The notes under the pieces: generated by a model | What the model was told of the DNA's origin: nothing | Seen by the model: the letters and a program-made list of their open reading frames with translations, nothing else | The model's database searches: none | Made by a program: the position numbers and the translations under genes | DNA from: Diplonema japonicum | Lineage: Eukaryota; Protista; Euglenozoa: Diplonemea | Length of the DNA stretch: 64,000 nt | Direction of reading: 5' to 3' | Assembly (NCBI GenBank): GCA_964019335.1 | Contig: OZ025676.1 | Location: 186,001 to 250,000, forward strand | Shown here: positions 10,457 to 20,600 of the stretch, one piece after another | How positions within the stretch are numbered: position 1 is the first letter of the stretch | Layout of the letters: each line of letters begins with the position of its first letter

Positions 10457-11409
10457 TTAGTTGAAGTGACATGAGACAACCACACAAGGCAGGCAGGCCA
10501 CCTCATTGCTGGGCCGCACCTTTGCAGGGTCACCGTAAGTACGCCCGCCTCTCCAGCCACACGACTCGCAACACGCTCGGCCACAGGACACACAGTACCG
10601 CGTGCACCGCGTGCAAGTGTGCTTGCGATGCATCTGTTCCCCGCATAGGTGGATCGACCAGCAGTTCGGCGGGTAGACGGTGTAAAATTCCTCTTTTTTT
10701 TTTGTCCCTTTTTTGTCCCCCCCCCCACCTCTCATCTTTTTTATTTTTTTTTTGACATACTTGGCTCTGCACAGTCTTTACACCACAACAAACTACAACA
10801 AGCACACACCACAGTACTGTCCCAACACACATGCGTGAAACATTGACTGCATTCGTATTGAACCGAATCCGATGCAACAGCGATGATCCTTAAAGCGAGA
10901 CGCGGCGAGAAGAGGTCCCTGTTTTTTTTTTTTTTTTTTTTTTTTCATTTTTTTTTTTATTATTACCTTGGCCACAAAAACTCGACCACCGAAATCCAAA
11001 CCTCGAGAGGCAGCTTTTTAGCGGGCCTACGCTGGCCCCAGTCGGGCCAGGAGTAGTCCAAAGCTTGTGTAGAGGACCGTATGATGGTGGGGAGGTTGGA
11101 GGTTACGCTAGTCGAGTAAGACGGTTTTAGCCAACCCCAGCGTTCCCATTCTAGTGTATGTAGCTGCATGTAAGCCTGTGAGGTGATCTCGTCTTCGAAG
11201 GACGCCAGGCTTCGATGGCATGGCGTCCCGCAGGAGCTGGAGGGGTCTTTCTTCCATCGTCTCTGCTGCTGCCCCCACTCCTGCCACTTCGCTACTTCCG
11301 GCTGCCGTTTCAGGCCTTCCATGCCTTCTCCTGTGCTCGTCCCCTTACGCCTTCCCCATGTTTCCCATTCCAATTTCTCTGGTACACCGCTCCACCCCTT
11401 CCACGACAT
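10457..11409 (-). CDS. F-box-like protein with Cys-rich C-terminus, 278 aa; join(11409..10967, 10918..10761, 10692..10457)
   Basis: Removing GT-AG introns 10919-10966 and 10693-10760 gives one 837-nt frame. The first splice joint completes LPLEVWISVVEFLWPR|DLF (F-box-like). Multiple CxxC pairs follow: CSQC, CACC, CKDC, CTRC, CVSC, CESC, CLPC. Confidence 0.7.
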
Positions 11410-11673
11410 TTTATGCGCTTGGCTGTTGAGGGGGTGACTATTTTTTTTTTTTTGAAAAAAAGCGGGGGAACAATATAAAAAAAAAAAAATCTTATTTGAT
11501 GAAAAAAAAATATATGTAGTTGTGAAAAAAAATCTGATGGAAAAAAAAAAAAGATAATGGAAAAACCAGTGCTGATGATGGAAAACAAAAAAGAAAGAGG
11601 GGGGGGAAAAAAAGGGGGTACACTGACAAATAGAGAAAAGAGGGGGGGGGGTATTTTTTATTTCCCTTCTTTT

Positions 11674-13953
11674 TTATTCGGTCCAGCATTTCACATTCCC
11701 GTCTGCCGCGGCAGAGAAAAGCCAAGGGAGCGTTGGGTGGAAGGCAATGTTTAGAATACCAACATTTCTGTGGGTTTTTTTTTTTTTTTTTTTTCCCCCT
11801 TCCCAATAACATACCCGGAAACCTTGTGTGCCTTGATAATTTTCAAAGGTACCAGGAAAGGGTTTTTTGTGTAGTCATCGTAGACCTGACCGTGGAACAC
11901 GTGGATCTGGCCGTTGTCGCCAGCCGATGCAAAAAGCGGATAGACACTCGGGGTGGGGTGGTACTTTGCAGTATGCACGGCAGCCTTCTTGTGCGATGTA
12001 AGCTTTTTGTAGGGCTTGTCACTAAGGTCCACGTCGTACCACATAACAGGTCCATCGTGGCTCCCTACCAAGATATTGTCACCACCAGCGTGTACATCAA
12101 CCGAACTCACACTGTCCACCGTCCCCTTGAATTTTTTAATCAGCTGGGATTGAACCAAATTGTACATCCTCACCGTGCGTCGCGTTGCGATCAACAAGTA
12201 GGGCTGCGTGGGGTGGAACGACAGCGACTGAACATTTTCCTTGAAACGCTTGAACGGGGAAATCGAGCTTCTCCTATTTTCGGATTTTTTTTTTTTTTTT
12301 TTTTATTTATATCACCCCAGCATACACGGAAATCTGGAGAAGAACAACCTGCCGGCTTTTTTTATCCTTGGGGCAGATTGTTCCCAAGTAGTCGCCCTTA
12401 TGGTGCCACGCGAAGTTCTTGATTTTGAAATGGTGGACGGCCTTAATAATGATGCCCTGCTTCTGTTCGGAAAGTGGTGCGTCGCTCCACTCCACAATGT
12501 CGCGCTCGGGTGCGTCCTCTTCTGCGATCTCATCGTCGAGGTTGTGATCCACCTCCGCATCGCTGTCACCGTCGCCAGTCATGGTTGACACGATCTGCAT
12601 GGCGTCAACAGCAGTGGTCTCTTTGTTCCCCTTCAGAAGCGACTCGACGGATTGTTCATTTACAGAATCGACAGCGCATGACTTGGGCACAGCAAAGACA
12701 ACAAGCTTGTCAGCGGAAATTGCAAGAATATTCAGGTTAGGGTTTGGGTTCCATGCAACACAAGAAACAGGTGCTTTTAAATTCCATTTCGCAACCAGCC
12801 TCCCTGTGCACACTTCGTACACTCGGGCAAAATGGTCGTCACATCCGGTGGCGAGCCATTCACCGTTGTGCGACACGCTGAGTTGTCTGACCGGTCCCGT
12901 GTGGCCTCTGTATGTGAAGCCGAGTTTTTGCGGGTAGGGTCTTAGCTCCTCGGGTTTCGGGAGGTCCGGGAGCAAGCTTTCCGGTTTCACGTTGATCTTT
13001 TGCTGCGTCTTTCTTGTGAACATGAACAGATCCAGACACCTTTGGTATCTCTCTCTCAGCGTGTTTCTGTACCACGGTACCTGTCGGAGGGAGTCGAATT
13101 TCGTTGAGATAAAGTCCGGCTGATCGATTTGTTGCTCTTCCTTGATCGCTGCTATTTCGTCAGCAGTCTTAAGGTATTCAAGTGGCGGGTTGTATGATTC
13201 AAGTGTGCTCGGAAGCTGGGCCTTTGGTGGACCCACGTGGAATTTCCGCCTTCTTCTCGCGGTTTTTGTCAGTTCTTCTTCATCTTGGTCATCGTCGTTC
13301 CAAAGCAAGAATGTTTCCTGCGGGTCGGGTTTTGGTGGCGGCGGGTTCCTCTCCAGCCTTCTTAACCTTCTCACGAGTTTTGCAATCGTCTTCATTTCGT
13401 GTTTCGACGGTTGGAACCTCGATTTCGGGGGGCACCCTTTATCGAAGGGGTTTTGGTCCCACTGCACGAAATTCAAGCCCTCTGGGTAAGGGTTGTATGA
13501 GGGGTCTGGGTACTGATTTTTTTGAAGGTTGAGAAGGATTTGAACGTCTTCTGCGGTGAGCTTATGGCCTTTCCCTGTTAGGTTCTCGTACACTGTCATC
13601 ATTTCGGTTGGGTCGTCGAACTTTGAGATTAGTTTGGACAGTGCGTCCTTTGTCTCTTTTACGATTTTCTTGCCCTCAACATCGTAACCGGCGTGGTCTT
13701 CGTCTTTGTACCATGCGAGGGGGACGTCTCCTGTTCGTGTTAGCTGGCCCACCTCGTCGTCGGAGGAGTAGCTGTCGTGCGATGCGGCTTCCTCGCTGCT
13801 GTCCTCTCCCATGTCCGGTACCTCATTCACCGCCTCCGCGGCTTCCTCGCTCACCTCAACTTTCTTAACGGGCTGCTTCTTTTTAACAACCTTCTTCGCC
13901 AGCTTCTTTTTCACCACGCGTTTTTTCGCGACTGCTCCTTCTCCATCTCCCAT
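11674..13953 (-). CDS. BOP1: Ribosome biogenesis WD40 protein BOP1/Erb1; join(13953..12326, 12273..11815, 11767..11674)
   Basis: BOP1 N-terminal motifs GDVPLAWYKDEDHAGYD, ESYNPPLEYL, LRQVPWY, ERYQRCLDL, LPKPEELRPYP, followed by WD40 repeats. Introns 12274-12325 and 11768-11814 (both GTATG...AG) restore the frame to the expected end FHPTLPWLFSAAADG. Confidence 0.95.
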
Positions 13954-13975
13954 CTTTCTTGGGGGGGGGACGCCG

Positions 13976-14007
<32 letters not shown>

Positions 14008-14123
14008 CCCGGTTTACAAAAATGTTAAAAAAAAAAAATGGTAATAAGAGATAAAGGGGGGCCAGGTGTTTTGGTGGCGGCCCTTTGAAAAACAAAAAAA
14101 AAAAAAAAAAAAAAAGACAAAAT

Positions 14124-15491
14124 CTAATCATCATTGGGGTCAGGGCACCTTTCGTATACTAAGATGTAGCAGGTTTGCGATGCAAGCCCAAGAGGTGATG
14201 CTGTGGGACGGACGTTTGAGTCGTCAGCTTTGAACCAGTCACCGGTGGGGCCGCGAAAGGTTGTGGTGTAGTGGCCGGATGACACGGTCAAACCGTGATG
14301 ATCCACGATGGAGCAAAGGCTGTAGTGTGTGGAGGAGGGGTGCAGGAGGGGGTTCATGGGCCTGCGGGAACGAAGGCTTCCGTTGGACGTGAACGACAGC
14401 GCGTCACACGGAGCACCGCACACCTCACTCCCACAAAACCTTCTCATGTCAAGCCCCCCATGAACCGTCACTGCACTATCGTCCTTCGTGATCCCATAGC
14501 TTTCCTTGAGAAACCTGTTCACATGGAGGAAGAGATAATGCGGGAGCGTAGTGATCACAGCAGCGGCAACGCATTCTTCACTGTCGCACTGTGTACAAGT
14601 CCGGGTGAGAACCTCCTCTTTAAAAACTTTCGTGAGACACCCTTCGATACATATATCTTTTCTTTCCGATTTCAAAGAAAGCGACAAAATAGAAAACGGC
14701 TCTGCAATGATGGTGTCGGAGTTATCGCACTGCGAACATGTCAGTTGTTTGGAGATGGTTCCCTCGGTCAGCCGCCGCACTAAAGAGATGGACTCGGGCA
14801 GGGTAGTCTTCTCTTCTTGCGGTTCATCAGTGGTTTTCTGTTTCAGCCCGACGGCCAAAACCTCGTAGTGAAGGAGCTCCAACAGGCTTATGAGAAATTC
14901 GTGCGCGTCTTGTTGGTCGTTCCCTTGGAATATTTTTTTTCGTTTTGAGATTTCATGTTTGAGGCTTTCCGGCTTAAGCCCCACCACACCCCCCGATGCA
15001 ATGCCTTGTACACAGCAAGCAAGAAACGGAATGATACCATCGAATTGCTTTCGAGAAGTGTATAATCGATTTGTAGACAAAATTGCATCTGAGAAAGTTG
15101 GGAGGTGCAGGATGCAGGATAAAGCAGCGTTCATGTAACAAGTGTTCCCGGTATTAATAAAGCCTTTAAGAGTGGGTGGGGTACTTTGTGGTGAATGTGG
15201 TGGGGTGTGATCAATTGTGGTTGCATCAGACCGCCTTTTCACACAGCGGGGGGAGGAGGGTTCTGGTGGTGGCCGTTTTCTGGTATCTGGTGCCACGGTT
15301 ACATCCGGCATCTTGGGTTGGCGGAAAGCGTTAAATTGCTTGGGCAGATTGTCATTGCCTGATAGTTTTGTTAACAAAGTGCTGCCGAATCTTCTATGGG
15401 TAATGCTCATATCTCTCAGTTCTTTGTCTTCTTGTGCCTCTGCTGCTGTTGCCATTTTTCGGTTTCTTTGTAGTCTTTGCTGTCGAGACAT
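14124..15491 (-). CDS. Ubiquitin-specific protease (peptidase C19)
   Basis: Cys box GFINTGNTCYMNA, QQDAHEFL, two CxxC pairs, His box HHGLTVSSGHY and the WFKADDS motif. Confidence 0.95.
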   Translation of the reverse strand: MSRQQRLQRNRKMATAAEAQEDKELRDMSITHRRFGSTLLTKLSGNDNLPKQFNAFRQPKMPDVTVAPDTRKRPPPEPSSPRCVKRRSDATTIDHTPPHSPQSTPPTLKGFINTGNTCYMNAALSCILHLPTFSDAILSTNRLYTSRKQFDGIIPFLACCVQGIASGGVVGLKPESLKHEISKRKKIFQGNDQQDAHEFLISLLELLHYEVLAVGLKQKTTDEPQEEKTTLPESISLVRRLTEGTISKQLTCSQCDNSDTIIAEPFSILSLSLKSERKDICIEGCLTKVFKEEVLTRTCTQCDSEECVAAAVITTLPHYLFLHVNRFLKESYGITKDDSAVTVHGGLDMRRFCGSEVCGAPCDALSFTSNGSLRSRRPMNPLLHPSSTHYSLCSIVDHHGLTVSSGHYTTTFRGPTGDWFKADDSNVRPTASPLGLASQTCYILVYERCPDPNDD

Positions 15492-16083
15492 TTATTATTT
15501 TTTTTTTATTTTTTCTTTTTATAACATTTTTTTTCTGTATGGTGGTATAGCCGTGTGAATGATGAGGGGGGGAGAAAAAACTTTTACAGAAATTTGAAAA
15601 TAAAGACGGAGAAAAAGAGAAAAGAAAGGGAGGGGATGAAAAAAAGAAAGCTGAAGGGAAATGGGGAGTGAAAAAAAAAAGGGAGGAGGAAGGAAAAAAA
15701 AAAGAGCATTAACAACATAGGAGGGGCAAAAAAAAAAAGTAGAAGCAATGAAGGAGTGTAAAAGAAAAAAATCTTTTGAAATAGAAAATTTACTCTTCTC
15801 CTTTATCTTTCTTTACCCCTCATATTTTTGACTCCGTCATTCACAAAAAAAGAAAAAGAAAAAAACCAAACCCCTAAAAGGAAATACGGTATTTTAGGGA
15901 CTGTTACAGTAACAAATAAAGAGAAAAGGAGAAAAAAGCTTATGGAAATAATATCTATAAAATACTACCTAAAAGGAAGGTAAAGAGTTCAGTCATTTAC
16001 ACAAAAATAAAAAATTGTCCTTTGTTTATTGTTTCCCTGTGGAGACACGTGGAGGGGTGATTTTCCTCTTTTTTTTTTTTTAA

Positions 16084-17001
16084 CCATCTACCAACGGACC
16101 ATTTTTGCCCACCAGGGGGTAAATTTTCAACACTTCAAAAAAAGCTATTCTAGCGCAACGCCGGGGCTATATGCCCCCGGAAATGCCTCCAGATGTCCCA
16201 ATTCTAGAGAGAGGGTGCCCACAGCAGGGCCCACCCTCACAACATTGTCAAAAATATCGTTCCTGAAGTGCCCGAGAGGGGGTACAAAAAACAAGTCAAA
16301 AAGAATCGACTGTAAAATTCTGTAAAAAACTATTTAAGGCCTTCTTGACGCGGTTCGTACGTGCCCCAGGGCTGGGGGACTTCTTTTTTGATCCCGAGAG
16401 GGGTTTCTGGGGGGTATCCCCGGCAAGGTGGTGGTCTTTGAAGCACGGAGTCACGCAAAGTTGTACCAAGCAGGTTGAACACTGAAATAGGGGTCATTTC
16501 AACTTGCCATGCTTGCACCGCACGTTGCGCTACTTTTTCGGGGAAATGGTCCCAGAAGGTACTATCGCGGCGCATTGGGGTCTCAGGGCACTCGTTCTGT
16601 GTTTCGGGGCATGGTATTGGGGCAGCCTGCTCTGTAGTTGACTTTAGCTGTTGTTTAGACTGCCTCCCTAGTAGCCCTTCGATGACTGCCTCTTTGAAAG
16701 GCGTGAATCCACTGTCGTTCGTACTCAGGAAACAAGCCAAGCATTTGCCAGAGATTTATCTAACAAGTACGAAAATACTTTCAGGGGCCACTTCGAAGTC
16801 ATAAGGGTGCGTTTATGGCGTTTTGTCACAGCGTCACCCAGCGTCGGTTCCGACGCGAGGGCAGCATTTAGTTTATATTTTTTCATATTTTCCGCGCAGG
16901 ACCCCGGATGCGAGAAGTGGCCGGGCTGTATTGCATTGAAAGCCCTTTGCGCAAAAGATTTTTTTTCAAATCGTCTCTATAAGACGCTCGTTGGTAGATG
17001 G
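16084..17001 (-). mobile_element. Non-autonomous piggyBac derivative, 918 bp, with TTAA target-site duplication
   Basis: Perfect 13-bp TIRs CCATCTACCAACG (16084-16096) and CGTTGGTAGATGG (16989-17001), each flanked by TTAA. Internal minus-strand transposase remnants: KWPLKVFSYLLDKSLANAW, FKEAVIEGLL, DHFPEKV. Confidence 0.92.
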
Positions 17002-17632
17002 TTAAATTTCTTTGTTTCCTTTTCTTTCTTTTTTTTTTTCATTTTTTTCTTGAAAATAGAAAAAGTTTCACAAAAGAAAAGAAAAAAAATTCCCGAAAAC
17101 CCCCTCCCCATCTAAGCAAAGAAGGGGTATAGAGAATGGAGTTGATCCTTTACTTTTTCTTTTGAAACATTTTTTTTTGAGTTCATTTGCCTTCTTTTTT
17201 TTTTCTTTTTCTTTCTTCCTCTGTCTTGACCAAAAACAAATCTTTTTTTTTGTCATTTATTTTTATTTTATTTTATTTTTTGTATTTTTCTTTCTATTTA
17301 GCAAGCTTTCCCCAGAGTGAAAGAAAACAAAAAACCTGAAACAAAATTTCAAAAAAAATAAAGGGGGGGGGATCCTACTTGGGGGCAGGAGAAATAAAGG
17401 TATTTGATGTCTATTCTGAAAGAAGCAAATGTTCGAGAGAGATCAAGAAAGGAGGAAACAAAACCAAAAAAAAAAAAAGGGAAAGAGTACTACTACAAAG
17501 GGGAAGTGTGATACGGGGGACAAAAAAAAACAAAAACAAAAAAACGTGGATTCTCTAAACCATTGCGTGGCTATATTTTTAAAAAAAAAACATTCTTCTT
17601 TCTTTTTTTTTACAGTTCACCTCTACTCCCCC

Positions 17633-20600
17633 CTAACGAGGCGTGGCATAAATCAGCGTATGGTCAACGCCGATAGAAACCAAATGAGGAGTATAGGCCT
17701 GAAGGTGTTGAAGGTGAGAGTAGGCAGGATCCGTGACAGGATCGGGGTGCCCATGTCCGAGCTTACCACCCTCCCCATTGCCCCAGATATAGACTCCTTC
17801 AGAACAGTGGATGACAGTGTGTTCGCTTCCCGCAGAAGCAGATATAACATCCCGCCCTGAAAAGTAAGAAACAGGCCTGGGGGAGAAGACGTTCGGCGGG
17901 TCCTCACGGAGATCAGCAGGGTCTGACCCAAGCTTGCCGTGCTGTGCTTCGCCAAACGCGTAGACACCGTCATCACAACAGACTAATGTATGGAACCACG
18001 CGCTGATGCTCTTCACCACCTTCCCGTCGAAGAAGGCAACTCTTTGGGGGTCGTGCTGGTTCATCTGGTGACCCAGGCCAAGCTGTCCAAAGGTGTTTCC
18101 TCCCATTACGTAGACACCGTCGTTGCACAGTACCACTGTGTGCTGCACACCGCACGTCACGTCTCTGATCTGCTTCCCTCTGAAGAAGGCTACCTCGCAT
18201 GGTTCGTTCCTGTCCACGTCGTCGCCCAGCCCAAGCTGCCCGAACCTGTTCCACCCCATCGTGTACAGCATCCCGTCATACACCACGCATGTGTGGTGCG
18301 AACCGCATGCTACCATGTCAACGTTGATCCCACGGCCGGAGAACAGCGGCAGTGCTGCTGGGACCATTCTGTCATCGACATCGCCTAGACCCAGCTGCCC
18401 GTCCTGCCCGCTTCCGCATGCGTACAGGTTGTCATCGCATACGATGATCGAATGCTGCTCGCCGCACGCCACCAACCGGAGGCACTTGCCCTTGAAGAAG
18501 GGCACGGGGGTTGGGATCTTCGGCGACAAACGGTTTCCAAGACCCAGCTGCCCGTCGCCCCCCTCGCCGAACACCATGACAGTGTGGTCCACCAGCACGA
18601 CGAAGGTGTGGAACGACCCGCACGCCGTCATGCTGACACCCATACCACGGAAGTCAGGGATCTCAATCGGGGTGTACTGCACCTTGAGGTCCTCCGCGTC
18701 GCCCAGACCAAGCTGGCCTTCGAGGTTCCTGCCGAACCCGAGAAGCACGGTTTCTTTAGTCATCAGTGGGGAAGTGTGCCTGGAACCGGGGGATGCTACA
18801 GGGACTGGGGTGAGGTTAGACTGCCTGCCTCCTGCGCCTCCCGCACCGCCTGCTGGGAATACCGTTGTGATCGGGTTCACACCGTTACTGCCCCCGCGGC
18901 CGTCGTGCTTCCCGTCGTACGAGCCGTTCTTCTTGTTCAGGTCGCTAGCGTTGCTGCCTGTTGACAACGGGCGGCCTTCGCCATTCCTGTAGTCCTCCTG
19001 GGGGGCGTACAGTTCTTGCTTATCACCGCCGTTAGCGCCGTTGCCTTGCTCTCCTCTGTGCTCCTGCATTTCGTTTTCGTATGTTTTAACTGCCTCCTCT
19101 TCTTCTTGCTTTTTCTCCTTGCTGTCCCTGAACTTGAACCACCATAACAAAATGCACAGCAGAATGCACAAGATGATGCACAGCGCAAGCAGCAGCCACA
19201 CCCACCACGGGAGGGAGTCGTCGTCATCAGACTGCGCAACGGGCTGTGGCGTGATTGTGTCGGACACGAATGTCCCGCTCACAAGCTGGATGTCAGGGTC
19301 GGCAGTAAGCGCCGCTTGAGACTGCTGCAGGTTGTTGAGCCAAGTCTGCTTGGCAATTTCGGTGGTGCCTGCCGTGCTCACAAATTCGAAAACGCCTTCA
19401 GACGACCCCTGCAGCACTCCGAAGTGCCTGCTCGTCGATGCAGCGTACTGCGCAATAGAGGCACACGTCGCAGCAAAGCAGTGCTTCTTTATGTTAGAGT
19501 TCACGACCTGTGAGCAGCCGTTGCAGTTCACCACGTTGGTGTCCAGGTTCGAGGTCCCTTCAATGAAGTTCACCACCTTCGCTATGGCGGCCATTGTTTT
19601 CGCCTCTGAAAACTGGTTAGCAGCAATCAAACTTCTGAACTCGAAGAAGTACCTGGGACCAGCCGGCGGGGGTGCCGGGGTGTCGGCGTTGCAGTTGGCG
19701 ACCATTTTCCCAACTGCGCTGAGGCTGTTTGCCGTGCACTTGCACACGTAGTCACTCTTGCTAGTGACCAGCTTCTGCGGGTCCGTGCAAGTTTGGTCCC
19801 CGGCTGTGCCGCATGCGCACCCACTGCCCGGGCAGGCAAAGCACTCATCCTCGTAGGTCCCGCAGGGGCTAGCAGGCTTTCCAGTACCCACCTTGGTAGT
19901 GTCGCTTGTACACGTGCACCTAAAGTCGTTAAGAACAGCCTGTGATTATCTTCAACAATTCGCATTATTCCATACCTGGTTCGGCTCCACGCAAGTCTGC
20001 CCACTTCCGCAAGGCGACGCCGTGCATTCATTGACAACTGTGGTGTGGTGTGGTTTTCAGGTGAAGCAAGACATACTGTTGCAGTCAGCGGGGCCTCCAG
20101 TGTTCACGGCGCCCGAAGTACACGAGCACGTGAAGTCGCCGGTGGAGTTAGACAGCTTGACCCTATTATGATAATAAATATGTTCGGAAAGCAAAGCCAT
20201 ACGGATCATTGCATGTCTGGCCTGAGCTACATGGGGTGGTACCGCACTCGTCTAGCGTGGTGGTGCAGTTCGCAACATCCGTGAACGCGGTGGTGGTGGA
20301 GTCCACTGCTGTGTTACATCTGCATTTCCAGTTCGATGTCGAGGCCTGGTCGTCATCGACGCAGACCTGCGATGCTGCAGAGCACACGCTGTTCCCAGTG
20401 CACTCGTTCACGCAGGGGCCCTTCACAACGAAGCCGCCACCCACGCAGTTGCATCTCCAGTCGTCAGCGATTAGGTTGTTAGGATCCGTGCAGGTCTGTC
20501 CATTGACGCAGATGGTGTTGTTCACACACTCGTTGATGTTGCAGACGGCCGCCATTGCTACTGCAGTGACGGAGTTGTCAGCATCGCACATGCACACCCA

